From Oxalobacteraceae bacterium (GTDB lineage Bacteria; Pseudomonadota; Gammaproteobacteria; Burkholderiales; Burkholderiaceae_D): a DNA stretch of 64,000 bases. Location of the stretch: positions 20,690 to 84,689 of the forward strand of contig JAIXUJ010000021.1 in assembly GCA_027483625.1 (NCBI GenBank), written 5' to 3'. A program made the translations under genes and the position numbers. Of the stretch, positions 1-9,452 are shown one piece after another. Every line of letters starts with the position of its first letter. Position 1 is the stretch's first letter. Below the pieces are notes generated by a model. It was given only the letters and a program-made list of their open reading frames with translations, did no database searches and was not told the origin of the DNA.

Positions 1-112
1 GTTCTAGTTTTTCTGTTTCCTCAAAATCGAAAATAAAAGTCTCTATATTTTCCAGTTCGGATAAAAATACGGAAAATGATAGTGCTGTGTGCAAGTCAAT
101 TACACGGGGCAT
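1..112 (-). CDS. 5' end of an ORF running off the left edge (hypothetical protein, AT-rich)
   Basis: ATG at 112 (minus strand) opens a frame that stays open to position 1: MPRVIDLHTALSFSVFLSELENIETFIFDFEETEKLE... It is too short for the ORF track and I recognise no family. Confidence 0.25.
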   Translation of the reverse strand, partial: MPRVIDLHTALSFSVFLSELENIETFIFDFEETEKLE

Positions 113-1100
113 AATAATTAAGTTTTTTGACATTTTATTTAGATTGCACAACTGTGAAATATATATTTTATATTTTATAAAAATATAATAATTTTCTCGA
201 AAATTTTTATTATTTCTAATAATAATTCCGGCGCTTTACAACTGATATTTATCATATTTTTAATGCCACCGGTGGAATCCAGAAATGATGATTGCATCGT
301 CTGTTGGAAGTTCGAAAATTTTGGGTGCAGCGATTTTCTGAAAACTCCAATGCCTCTAACTTCTTGTCGACGTCTTGCGAGCATAGAGTATCATTTTAGA
401 TATCTAAAAGATGCGCAAAATGTCACTGTTGAGGTAAGTATTTATCACATTTAACTGGACGCTGTTTATTGTGAAAGCTCAATGTCCTCCTGAAGTTCGT
501 TAGCTATTGATCTGACGTTAGATTGTCGGTTGTATGTGGCCGACTGGACTGGGATTGAAATTTAATTAATATTTCAAATTGCGCAATAAATTTCGTACTC
601 GGCAACCATATTGAGTTACCGTTGGTAGACGGTGTTGCAAGAAGTTTTCTGGACGTAATCACGTTTCTATAGTGCTTTAGCCGGTCACAGGCTGCTATTC
701 AAGATATATTTAACGGTTAGGGGCAAACTTAGACAGGAAGTGCTTGTGCTTAATTACGTACTTCTGCAATTCTGGGACCCAGCTCTGCATTTGCGGCTCA
801 ACGCCTCCGCCCGCAAAACCTTGCCGCAATCCCAAAGCATAAGTGGGTTCCTTCGAGCCTGGTAACTCATCCCCTCTCCAGCCAAGCCGAGGGAAATGCT
901 GATGACGTAACCGTGATTAAGAACAATGAGGAACATGTAGGTGCCTCTCTACGTTTTGGCACGTCGTCTAAATGCTACTTGGCGGCTGAGTGTGTTGAGT
1001 TGCCAACTTGCGTGATGTATTTGATCAATTGTGCTGAGACAGTAATATGAAACTATAAATTAGGCTAGCAAAGTCACTTACGTCGATTTAGCCTTCAGCG
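1..1100. other. AT-rich, essentially non-coding segment that is compositionally unlike the rest of the window
   Basis: By eye it is far more A+T-rich than the remaining ~63 kb, with long A/T runs at 150-260. Only short ORFs without recognisable products occur here. Confidence 0.6.
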
Positions 1101-1317
1101 CTCATGCCGGCGCAGCATGTCCATAGTTTCATCTGGATCTGTTGGTTTGTAATAGTGTTGACTGAAGGTCAGATAGCAATACTTGTTTCTATGTGCAATC
1201 GCGGCAGCGCTACGGATGCGCCATCTAGCCAACCCAAAACGGCTCAGCCTCTGTACCCGCCACACCGCACCCTTTTTTTTGCTATCATAAAAAAAGCCCC
1301 AACCTAAAACCAGCTAG

Positions 1318-1647
1318 ATGTCCCACTTCTCACGGTCAGTTTTGTCATCAACCGCGCACAAGCGCGGTTTTTGGCGTTATGCCGTGAGCTTGCTGGCGGC
1401 GCTGAGCTTCCTGCTGGTTGTCTCCGCGTCGACCACGCACATCCACAAGAGCACCGCCGCCCTCGAAGACTGCGTCATCTGCGCGGTAGTCGGCGACACC
1501 CTGGCCGATGTGCCTGCACCGCCAGCGCTCATCCACGCATTTCAACTAGCCTACTTCTGCATCGTCACCGCGACGGTGTATGTGGCGGCGTACACCGCCG
1601 CCCAGCTGCTCCCTCCCAGCCGTGGCCCGCCACGCGCCTCTGCGTAG
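1318..1647 (+). CDS. DUF2946-like small membrane/periplasmic protein
   Basis: 109 aa with an N-terminal hydrophobic segment, then THIH...CVIC (His pair plus CxxC). It sits directly upstream of a TonB-dependent receptor, the usual DUF2946 context. No clear SD. Confidence 0.5.
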   Translation: MSHFSRSVLSSTAHKRGFWRYAVSLLAALSFLLVVSASTTHIHKSTAALEDCVICAVVGDTLADVPAPPALIHAFQLAYFCIVTATVYVAAYTAAQLLPPSRGPPRASA

Positions 1648-1731
1648 TTCCTTAACGTCTATCCAAATTATTCGGGCAGTTAGCCGGCACGTGTCCGGCT
1701 GCGCTCGTCGTTAACTATTCAGAGGTCCACC

Positions 1732-3906
1732 ATGTATCAGCTTCCTAAGCTGGGCAAGCGCGCGCTTGTCCTGTCCACCCTGTGCGCCGCTGCACCGGCA
1801 TCGTTTTCTTTCGCAGCCGAGGCGCCCGATGCGTCCGATCCGTCGATCGGTGCATCCGGCGACATGCAGCGCGTCGAAGTCACCGCAGCGCACATGCGCA
1901 GCGAGCGGATGGAGCTTTCCCCCAAAGTCGGCACCACCGTCTACTCCATCGACAAGCACATGATCGAAAACCTCGGTCAGGGTGCCGACACGCCGTTCAA
2001 TGAAGTATTGCTGCGCTTGCCGGGCGTAGCGCAGGACTCGAAAGCGTCCGGTTCCATCCACGTGCGCGACGACCACGCCAACGTGCAATACCGCATCAAC
2101 GGCGTGCAACTGCCCGAGAGCATCACCGGCTTCGGCCAGTCCATCGACACCCGTCTGGTCGATCAGATCGACTTCCTCACCGGCGCCTTGCCAGCACAGT
2201 ACGGCTTGCGCACGGCCGGCATCATCGATATCCAGACCAAGGAAGGCGTCAAGCCGGGCGGGCGGGTAGGCGTGCTGGTCGGCAGCAATAGCTATGTCCA
2301 GCCCAGTGCCGAACTGTTCGGCAGCTCCGGGGCGTTTAACTACTACCTGTCCGGCAGCTATCTGGGCAACAAGCTCGGCATCGAGAACCCGCAGCCCACG
2401 CGCACGGCGCTGCACGACCAGACGCACCAGTCCAAGTCCTTCGGCAATCTGTCCTACTTCGTTGATGACAATACCCGGCTGGGCTTGATGTTCGGCACCT
2501 ATCTGGGACACTTCCAGATTCCTAACAATCCGGCGCAGGCGCCTGCTTTTTCGCTGGCAGGCGTGAGCGACATCGGCGCGGGCACCAGTACCATCGCCTC
2601 CGAGCAGCTCAACGAGAGCCAGCGCGAAGTGAATCGCTTCGCGGTGCTGTCGCTGCAAAAAAGTCTCGGCGATCTGACCTACCAGTTGTCGGGCTTCCAC
2701 CAGTATTCGGAACTGCACTACCTGCCAGATCCGGCGGGTGATCTGGTGTTCAATGGCGTCGCCTCGAACTCGATGCGTTCCAACAGTGCCAGTGGGCTGC
2801 AGCTGGATCTGGGCTACAAGCTCACGGCTAACCATACGCTGCGCGCAGGTGCGGCCTACACACGCCAGACCACGCATAGCGACAATACCGTGGCAGTGTT
2901 CCCGACCGACGACAGTGGTGCACAGACCAGCAACACGCCGCAGACGATTGTCGATAACGGCGCCAAGACTGGCCGACTGGCGAGCTTGTACCTGCAAGAC
3001 GAATGGCGGTTGCTGCCGCCACTGACGGTGAACTATGGCGTGCGCTTTGACAAGGTGTCGGCCTTCGTTGACGAGCAGCAGTGGAGTCCGCGTATCAATC
3101 TGTCCTACAAGATTCGTGAAGGTACGGCGCTGCATGCCGGTTACTCGCGCTACTTCACGCCCCCGCCACAGGAACTGGCGGCGCAGTCGAGCATCAATCT
3201 GTATGCGAATACCAGCAACGCGCCGGAAGTGCCGGTGTCCGATAACGTCAAGTCCGAGCGCACGCATTACTATGATGTGGGCGTGAGTCATCAGATCAGC
3301 AATGCGCTGACCGTGACGGCCGATGCTTACTACAAGAAGATCCGCAACCTGCTCGATGAGGGGCAGTTCGGTCAGGCGCTGATTCTCTCGCCGTTCAATT
3401 ATGAGCGCGGGGTTGCCAAGGGGCTGGAACTGGCTGCGATCTATAGCCAGAAAGACTGGGGCGCTTACTGGAACGTGACGACGCAAAAAGCGACGGGCCA
3501 GCACATCGTGTCGGGGCAGGCGCTGTTCGGCAATGACGAGCTGGCCTATATCGCCCAGCATGCGATCTATGTGGACCATGATCAGAAGCTCAGCATGTCC
3601 GCTGGCGCGCACTATCACTTTGGCGATTCGCAGTTGAGCGGCGATGTGCTCTACGGTAGTGGCTTGCGCATGACGCCCGATGGTGCTGCGCCGAACTCGG
3701 GCTCGCTGCCGCACTACACCACCGTCAATGCCACGCTGACGCATACGTGGAAGAACACGCCGCTCGGCACGGTTGAAGGGCGGTTTGCGCTGGTGAATCT
3801 GTTCGATAAATCGTATCTGTTGCGCGATGGGTCGGGTGTGGGTGTCGGTGCGCCGCAGTACGGTGCGCGCCGTACGGTGTATGCGGGGCTGTCGACGAGT
3901 TTCTAA
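1732..3906 (+). CDS. TonB-dependent outer-membrane receptor
   Basis: 724 aa with a signal peptide, a plug-domain sequence (DTPFNEVLLRLPGV, HVRDDHANVQYRINGV), a long beta-barrel and a C-terminal aromatic residue (STSF). Confidence 0.9.
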   Translation: MYQLPKLGKRALVLSTLCAAAPASFSFAAEAPDASDPSIGASGDMQRVEVTAAHMRSERMELSPKVGTTVYSIDKHMIENLGQGADTPFNEVLLRLPGVAQDSKASGSIHVRDDHANVQYRINGVQLPESITGFGQSIDTRLVDQIDFLTGALPAQYGLRTAGIIDIQTKEGVKPGGRVGVLVGSNSYVQPSAELFGSSGAFNYYLSGSYLGNKLGIENPQPTRTALHDQTHQSKSFGNLSYFVDDNTRLGLMFGTYLGHFQIPNNPAQAPAFSLAGVSDIGAGTSTIASEQLNESQREVNRFAVLSLQKSLGDLTYQLSGFHQYSELHYLPDPAGDLVFNGVASNSMRSNSASGLQLDLGYKLTANHTLRAGAAYTRQTTHSDNTVAVFPTDDSGAQTSNTPQTIVDNGAKTGRLASLYLQDEWRLLPPLTVNYGVRFDKVSAFVDEQQWSPRINLSYKIREGTALHAGYSRYFTPPPQELAAQSSINLYANTSNAPEVPVSDNVKSERTHYYDVGVSHQISNALTVTADAYYKKIRNLLDEGQFGQALILSPFNYERGVAKGLELAAIYSQKDWGAYWNVTTQKATGQHIVSGQALFGNDELAYIAQHAIYVDHDQKLSMSAGAHYHFGDSQLSGDVLYGSGLRMTPDGAAPNSGSLPHYTTVNATLTHTWKNTPLGTVEGRFALVNLFDKSYLLRDGSGVGVGAPQYGARRTVYAGLSTSF

Positions 3907-4052
3907 GCGAGGCGGATGTGCGAATGCTGCCGGGGCTGGTGGCTCGGCAGCTGCTGGTCGCGAGGCCAGGGCGATCGGCAACTCGACGCGGGGTGCTGAT
4001 CACCTTGCTCGGTGGCGCGTGGTGCGGTGCTGCCTGAGCTTCGTACTGCGCG

Positions 4053-4790
4053 TTACTGCAGCTTCTTTTTCCAGCGCTCGTCGATGGCTTTCAGCGTGCC
4101 GTTCTGGGTGATTTTATCCATGCCCTGATCGAATAATTTCAGTGACTGCTGTCCTTGTTCGGTCTTGGCAAACACGACGTAGATTTTATTCGGATCGAGC
4201 GTGCCGACAATCTCCAGCTGCTGCTTGAGTGCAGGTTCTCTGGCAAGCAGCGACAGAAAAACCAGCCGGTCGATAATGGTGTAGTCCGCATGGCCAACCG
4301 CCAGCTTCGCCAGATTGTTACGATCCCCGGCGGCCCGCTCGACGTGGTTGCGTGGATTGTTGGTGATATCGGTAGGGTAGGTGTAGCCGAGCGTCAGCGT
4401 TAGCCGTTTGTGGTGAAACGATTGCTTATCTTTGAAGGCGGTGCCGCTACGGGCAATCACTACCTGCTCGCTCAGGGCAATGTAGTTGCGCGGGAGGAGA
4501 AAGTCGCGATTCACTTCCTCGTTGACTCCGGCGTTGAATAAACCGGCGTAACGACCGTTTTTGGTCAGGATCATGCCGCGGTTAAAGGGGATCACGTCCA
4601 GCGTGAGTTCTGCGCCTGCGGCTTCGAAGGCCGCTTTGACGATGTCGACCGAACGTCCCTCGGCCTGATTGTTGACCTTGGCGGAATAGGGATACCAGTT
4701 ATCTTCCGCCGCCAGCAGCACGCTGAACGGTGCTGCCAGCGCGGTGTTGGCCAGTAGCGCAAAAAACACTGCGATAAGTGTCTGTTTCAT
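4053..4790 (-). CDS. Periplasmic solute-binding protein, family 3 (amino-acid ABC-type SBP-like)
   Basis: 245 aa with a signal peptide (ALLANTALA|AP) and an SBP_bac_3-like layout (WYPY..., FNRGMILTKNGRYAGLFN). Confidence 0.75.
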   Translation of the reverse strand: MKQTLIAVFFALLANTALAAPFSVLLAAEDNWYPYSAKVNNQAEGRSVDIVKAAFEAAGAELTLDVIPFNRGMILTKNGRYAGLFNAGVNEEVNRDFLLPRNYIALSEQVVIARSGTAFKDKQSFHHKRLTLTLGYTYPTDITNNPRNHVERAAGDRNNLAKLAVGHADYTIIDRLVFLSLLAREPALKQQLEIVGTLDPNKIYVVFAKTEQGQQSLKLFDQGMDKITQNGTLKAIDERWKKKLQ

Positions 4791-5011
4791 CAGAACTCTC
4801 CCCGGGGTACTGCGAGCACCGGCCTATTCTAGCCCAAGGTGTCGGCGTTGCCCATCAGGTAGACAGTCCCCGAGCGACGGATGCACTCAGCGAGCAAATT
4901 CCGTCGTTATTGCCGATGCCCACGTTTGCCATTCTCAAAAATGGGCATCGAGCAAGGAATGAGCCGCCAACAGACCAGTTCGTGTCTGGATGTCGGATCT
5001 GACCCCGGTTT

Positions 5012-6193
5012 TTAGGCGGGTGTTGCGGACTCGTCACGGGGACGGGTGCGCGGTGTGCGCTGCGGTGGCGGGCCGTCCAGATACGGGCTGTAGCCGGGGA
5101 AGCTCATGCGCATGATGCGCAGCACGGTGGTGCCGAACTGGCGCGTCAGCGAGCCGGTGTTGTACGGCAGACGGTACTGGGCGCACAGGGCGCGTACGCG
5201 CGGTGCGATTTCGCCGTAGCGGTTGCTCGGCATGTCGGGGAACAGGTGGTGCTCGATCTGGTGGCTCAGGTTGCCACTCATGATGTGGAACAGCTTGCCG
5301 CCCGAGATATTGCAGGAGCCTAGCAACTGGCGCACGTACCAGTGCGCGCGGGTTTCATTTTCGACGTCGGCTTTGGTGAAGACGTGCACGTCCATCGGGA
5401 AGTGGCCGCAGAAAATAATCAGATAGGTCCACAGGTTCCGCACGATGTTGGCGACGGCGTTGGCACCTGCTACGTAGAAGAAGAATGGGCCGGCCAGCAG
5501 CGGGAACAGCAGGTAGTCTTTGCGCATCTGGCGCCAGATTTTGGCGCGCGTGCGCAGCCACATCGGGCGCAGTGCCGACCATTTCATGCGGCCTTGAAGT
5601 ACGCGGCCCAGTTCCAGTTCCTGAATCGCAATGCCCCATTCGAAGAAGATTGCCAGCAGCAGCGCCCACAGCGGATTGCCCAGATTGAAGGGCTTCCAGC
5701 GCTGGCCGGAGAACATGCGCAGCAGGCCGTAACCGGCCACGTCGGCGTCTTTGCCCAGTACGTTGGTCCAGGTATGGTGCTTGACGTTGTGGGCGTGCTT
5801 CCACTGGTCGGATGGGCACACGTGGTCCCACTCCCAGCGGCCGGACTGGATTTCCGGATCGCGCAGCCAGTCCCACTGGGCGTGCAGCACGTTGTGGCCG
5901 ATTTCCATGTTTTCCAGAATCTTGGCGGCGCCCAGCGTCAGTATGCCGAGCAGCATGACGGGCCAGAAGAAGGCCCAGCCGGCCACCGCGTGGCCCCATT
6001 GCGGCAGCAGCGCCAGACTGGCGTAGATGCCGAGGCGGCCGCCGATTTCCAGGCAGCGGTGGATGGTCAGCAAACGGCGTACATAGCGCGCATCGCGCGC
6101 GCCGCGGTCGGCCATGACTTCGTTACGGATCGCTTCGATCTGCTCGCCAAAGGCGGCGATTTCGGTGGGAGTAAGGTGAGATGGAATAGGCAT
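5012..6193 (-). CDS. desB: Membrane acyl-CoA/fatty-acid desaturase (DesB-like)
   Basis: 393 aa with three histidine boxes (HNVLH, HNVKHH, HQIEHH). It lies downstream of a ferredoxin-reductase gene and opposite a TetR gene, as in the Pseudomonas desCB/desT arrangement. Confidence 0.8.
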   Translation of the reverse strand: MPIPSHLTPTEIAAFGEQIEAIRNEVMADRGARDARYVRRLLTIHRCLEIGGRLGIYASLALLPQWGHAVAGWAFFWPVMLLGILTLGAAKILENMEIGHNVLHAQWDWLRDPEIQSGRWEWDHVCPSDQWKHAHNVKHHTWTNVLGKDADVAGYGLLRMFSGQRWKPFNLGNPLWALLLAIFFEWGIAIQELELGRVLQGRMKWSALRPMWLRTRAKIWRQMRKDYLLFPLLAGPFFFYVAGANAVANIVRNLWTYLIIFCGHFPMDVHVFTKADVENETRAHWYVRQLLGSCNISGGKLFHIMSGNLSHQIEHHLFPDMPSNRYGEIAPRVRALCAQYRLPYNTGSLTRQFGTTVLRIMRMSFPGYSPYLDGPPPQRTPRTRPRDESATPA

Positions 6194-6221
6194 GGAATTC
6201 TCGTGAATATACGTTGATTCG

Positions 6222-7334
6222 TTACAGCGCCAGTTCGACGTCGCCGACCGCCGCGCAGACGCACACCTGTACGGTGTCGCCCGGTTCGGCGATCAGGGTG
6301 CCATTGCGCAGGTCGCGCACGCTGCCGCTGACCAGTTTGGTGTCGCAGCCGTGGCAGATGCCCATGCGGCAGCCGTGTTTAGGATTCAGGCCGGCATCTT
6401 CGGCGATGTGCAGCAGACTGCTGACGCCGTCCGAGGCGGCCTCGGTAGCGCTGGCAGCGAAACGCACGCGCCCGGCAGTGGCGGCGTCGGTGCTCAGTGC
6501 GAGCGGGGCGTGGAAGCGCTCCACGTGCAGTTTGTCGGCAAGGCCGGCATCACGCCAGTGGGCTTCCACTGCCGCCAGCAGGCTGGCCGGACCGCAGGCC
6601 CAGACTTCGCGTTTGCGCCAGTCGGGGCAGGCCGCTTCCAGTTGCGCGGCATTGAAGTGCGCGCCGCCGGCGCGGGTGTATTCGCGCACCAGCCGGTAGT
6701 GGGGCTGGCTGGATGCGAGCGCGTCGAGTTCGGCGCCGAAGATGACGTCGCGCTGCTGTGGCGCGTAATGCAGGTGCACGGTATCGGGCAGCACTTCCAG
6801 TTCCTGCACGCTGTTGCGCAGCATGCTCATGATGGGCGTGATGCCGCTGCCGCCGGTAATGAACAGGGGATGCACTGGCATCGATTCGGGCAGGATGAAG
6901 TCGCCTTGCGGCTCGCCCAGTGGCAGGTATTCGCCCACCTGTACTTGCTGTACCAGATGTTGTGATACGCGCCCGCCCGGCACAGCCTTGACGGTGACGG
7001 TGATGCAGCCGTCGGCGCGGTTCGGGGCGGACGAAATCGAGTAGGTGCGGGTGTGGCGCTGGCCGTCGATCGGCACGCCCAGTCGCACGAACTGGCCGGC
7101 GCGGTGGCTGCGCCAGCCACTACCGGGGCGCAGGGTCAGGGTGCGGCTGTCGGCCGTTTCCTGTTGCACGGCTACGACCCGTGCCATCAGTTTGTGGGTG
7201 GTCCAGAGCGGGTTGACCAGCTCGACGTAGTGGGAATGGCGCAGCGGGTAGGCAAACATGTCTGCCAGTCGCGCCAGTGAGGTTGGTATCGTCATGGTAG
7301 GGCAAATAAATAGAATCGCCATAATTGTGGACAC
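6222..7334 (-). CDS. desC: FAD/NAD(P)-binding oxidoreductase with a C-terminal 2Fe-2S ferredoxin domain (DesC-like)
   Basis: It has an FNR-like fold (RTYSISS, GGSGITP) and a C-terminal CRMGICHGCD cluster motif. The start is uncertain: GTG at 7334, or ATG at 7322 or 7295. Confidence 0.8.
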   Translation of the reverse strand: MSTIMAILFICPTMTIPTSLARLADMFAYPLRHSHYVELVNPLWTTHKLMARVVAVQQETADSRTLTLRPGSGWRSHRAGQFVRLGVPIDGQRHTRTYSISSAPNRADGCITVTVKAVPGGRVSQHLVQQVQVGEYLPLGEPQGDFILPESMPVHPLFITGGSGITPIMSMLRNSVQELEVLPDTVHLHYAPQQRDVIFGAELDALASSQPHYRLVREYTRAGGAHFNAAQLEAACPDWRKREVWACGPASLLAAVEAHWRDAGLADKLHVERFHAPLALSTDAATAGRVRFAASATEAASDGVSSLLHIAEDAGLNPKHGCRMGICHGCDTKLVSGSVRDLRNGTLIAEPGDTVQVCVCAAVGDVELAL

Positions 7335-7340
7335 TTGTAC
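7329..7340. promoter_or_regulatory. Candidate TetR (DesT-like) operator half-palindrome, site 1
   Basis: GGACA-CT-TGTAC. The extended 18-mer TGTGGACACTTGTACACA shares its right half TGTACACA with site 2. It lies in the desC/desT divergent region. Confidence 0.35.
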
Positions 7341-7428
7341 ACATCAAGTCAAGTCTGCTCTGCTTGGTAATTAGGCAAGTACGACCGTTCGCTCTCGCAT
7401 CTTCCGGCATCGAGCATGTAAAATAGGG

Positions 7429-7440
7429 GTACATCTGTAC
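7429..7440. promoter_or_regulatory. Candidate TetR (DesT-like) operator, site 2
   Basis: GTACA-TC-TGTAC palindrome, 12 nt upstream of the desT-like ATG. Confidence 0.35.
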
Positions 7441-7451
7441 ACAAGGACACC

Positions 7452-8114
7452 ATGAGCGAGCACGAATCCGACGAGAGCACGGCGCGGCCGGAACGCAAGA
7501 CCGGCACCCGCAAGGCGCTGCTGCAAGCGGCGCTGACGCTGGTGGGGGAGGGCCGCAGTTTTACTAGTCTGGGCTTGCGCGAAATCGCGCGGCAGGCCGG
7601 CGTGGTGCCGAATGCCTTCTACCGGCACTTCCGTAACACGGACGAGCTGGGGCTGGAACTGGTCGATGAAACCGGGATTACCTTGCGCCGTCTGCTGCGC
7701 GAAGCGCGTCAGATTGATGTGTCGCGCGGCTCGATCCTGCGCCGCTCGGTGCGGGTGTATCTGGAGTATGTGAAGGCCAACCGCTTGCAGTTCCAGTTCA
7801 TTGCGACGGAACGCTCGGGTGGCAGCCGGATTCTGCGGCTGGCGATCCGCACCGACGTGACCCACTTTACCAATGAAATGGCGCAGGATTTGCGCGCGCT
7901 GGGCCGCTACCGCGACCTGTCGACACCACGCCTGCAGATGGTGTGTGGTCTGATTGTGATGACCATGCTGGCGGCCGCCACCGATATTCTTGATCTGCCT
8001 CCCGGCCAGCCGTTGCTGGAGGGGGAGATGGAGGAAAACTTCGTGCAGCAACTGCACGTGATCCTGCTGGGCGCTTCCAAGTGGCAGGAGAAAGACCCGC
8101 GTGGTGCCGCATAA
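7452..8114 (+). CDS. desT: TetR-family transcriptional regulator (DesT-like)
   Basis: N-terminal TetR HTH (FTSLGLREIARQAGVVPNAFYRHF). It is divergent from the desaturase operon. Confidence 0.75.
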   Translation: MSEHESDESTARPERKTGTRKALLQAALTLVGEGRSFTSLGLREIARQAGVVPNAFYRHFRNTDELGLELVDETGITLRRLLREARQIDVSRGSILRRSVRVYLEYVKANRLQFQFIATERSGGSRILRLAIRTDVTHFTNEMAQDLRALGRYRDLSTPRLQMVCGLIVMTMLAAATDILDLPPGQPLLEGEMEENFVQQLHVILLGASKWQEKDPRGAA

Positions 8115-8159
8115 GGTCGTGACGGTGCTGGAGTTGGCCGGGAGGAAACCGTCGCTGCG

Positions 8160-8927
8160 CTAGTCGGCGATGAATAGGTCAATCCCCAGTTCCCGCAGCC
8201 CGTCCCGATAGTGATCCGGGATGCCGGCATCGGTAATCACGGCATCGACTTGATCTAGCTGCGCGATGCGATGCAGGCTGACCTTGCCGAATTTGCTGGC
8301 GTCGCACAGGACGATGACTTTGCGGGTACGCTCGACCATGGTGCGGTTCAAATTGGCTTCCCCCTCATCGTGGGTGGTCGCGCCGAACTGAAAATCCATG
8401 CCATCGACGCCAAGAAATAATTTATCAAAACTATAGGCCTGCAGACAGCTCTCGGCCTGATTCCCCTGGATCGATAAGGACTGCTTGCGTAACAGGCCGC
8501 CCGTCAATATCAGGTCGACGCCGGGCGCATAGGCCAGTTCGTAGGCAATATTCAAGCCATTGGTGAGCACCGTAATGCTGGCATGCTCGCGTAAATGCGT
8601 GGCAAGAAACCGGGTGGTCGAGCCGGAATCAATGATGATATTGTCGCCCGCTGCCACCATACTGGCCGCCAGTTTGCCAATACGGTTTTTCTGATCCTGA
8701 TACAGGGCAGTTTTCTGATCGATGCTCTGCTCGACCGATAGGGATTTGGCCAGTACGGCGCCGCCGTGGGTGCGCTTGGCGATGCCTTGCGACTCGAACA
8801 AGAGCAAGTCATTGCGTATCGTCACCATGGATACGCCTAGCAGGGGAACCAGCTCGCTAATCTGAACTTTGCCATGCCTGGACAGCAATTGGAGAATCGT
8901 TTCTCGACGTCCGCTGGTATTCCGCAT
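8160..8927 (-). CDS. DeoR/GlpR-family transcriptional regulator
   Basis: 255 aa with an N-terminal DeoR HTH (RRETILQLLSRHGKVQISELVPLLGVSMVTIRNDL) and a C-terminal sugar-phosphate sensor domain. Confidence 0.85.
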   Translation of the reverse strand: MRNTSGRRETILQLLSRHGKVQISELVPLLGVSMVTIRNDLLLFESQGIAKRTHGGAVLAKSLSVEQSIDQKTALYQDQKNRIGKLAASMVAAGDNIIIDSGSTTRFLATHLREHASITVLTNGLNIAYELAYAPGVDLILTGGLLRKQSLSIQGNQAESCLQAYSFDKLFLGVDGMDFQFGATTHDEGEANLNRTMVERTRKVIVLCDASKFGKVSLHRIAQLDQVDAVITDAGIPDHYRDGLRELGIDLFIAD

Positions 8928-8986
8928 AGTTGTGTCGCAAATTTCCGAAGCAAAAACATTAGCTTAACAGAGCTGGTAATCAGCGG

Positions 8987-9017
8987 TTGTTAATGTATTT
9001 TAACTAAACATTAACAA
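8987..9017. promoter_or_regulatory. Perfect 10-bp inverted repeat in the DeoR / TonB-receptor divergent region
   Basis: TTGTTAATGT-N11-ACATTAACAA, about 60 nt upstream of the DeoR start. Candidate operator. Confidence 0.35.
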
Positions 9018-9452
9018 TAACAATTTATCTAAATCTCCGGTTATGCGCGATCGCCAGCATTGCCTGGTCAGCTGATGGGCTCCCGTGATGATGGGCAAGC
9101 CCTGCACATGCCTCCCGTGAAGTTGTTTCCTTACGGAAATCACAAATGTCAAGAGTTTGCGAGCCAAATAACAACGATATCGAAAGATTGTGCTCAAAAA
9201 TTTTCACTAATCGAAAGAAATTTGATTATTTTTTGCTAAAACATTCACTTTTCTTTGCTTTTTCTTTTCTTTCTTGTTGACTTTGCCTATTTTTATTTCT
9301 AAAGTTGATTCTGTGAGGCGGGGAAACTTTCGAATTAAATTTGGTTTTGCTGCCTTGCAGAGAGGACGATTTCCTCTGCAATCGCTAGGAGACAGGGTCC
9401 TAATAGTCAAAGGTAGATTCAATACCGTTTAAATATGTGGAGAAGGCGAGCA

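Noticed and set aside
175-1307. Short ORFs in the AT-rich left segment: 175-384(-), 263-454(+), 754-936(-) and 1104-1307(+).
   Set aside because: They have no SD or family signature and mutually overlap. Random ORFs of this size are not informative, so I treat the segment as non-coding or decayed DNA.
1711-3981. Very long antisense ORFs opposite well-supported genes: 1711-3981(-), 9429-11555(-), 16193-18433(+), 20334-21569(-), 34119-35735(-), 38867-40981(+), 42297-42851(-) and 42927-43499(-).
   Set aside because: They are typical high-GC shadow frames. Their translations are Arg/Ala/Gly/His-rich with no domain signatures, whereas the opposite strand encodes clear TonB receptors, an M13 or M28 peptidase, OM barrels, and so on.
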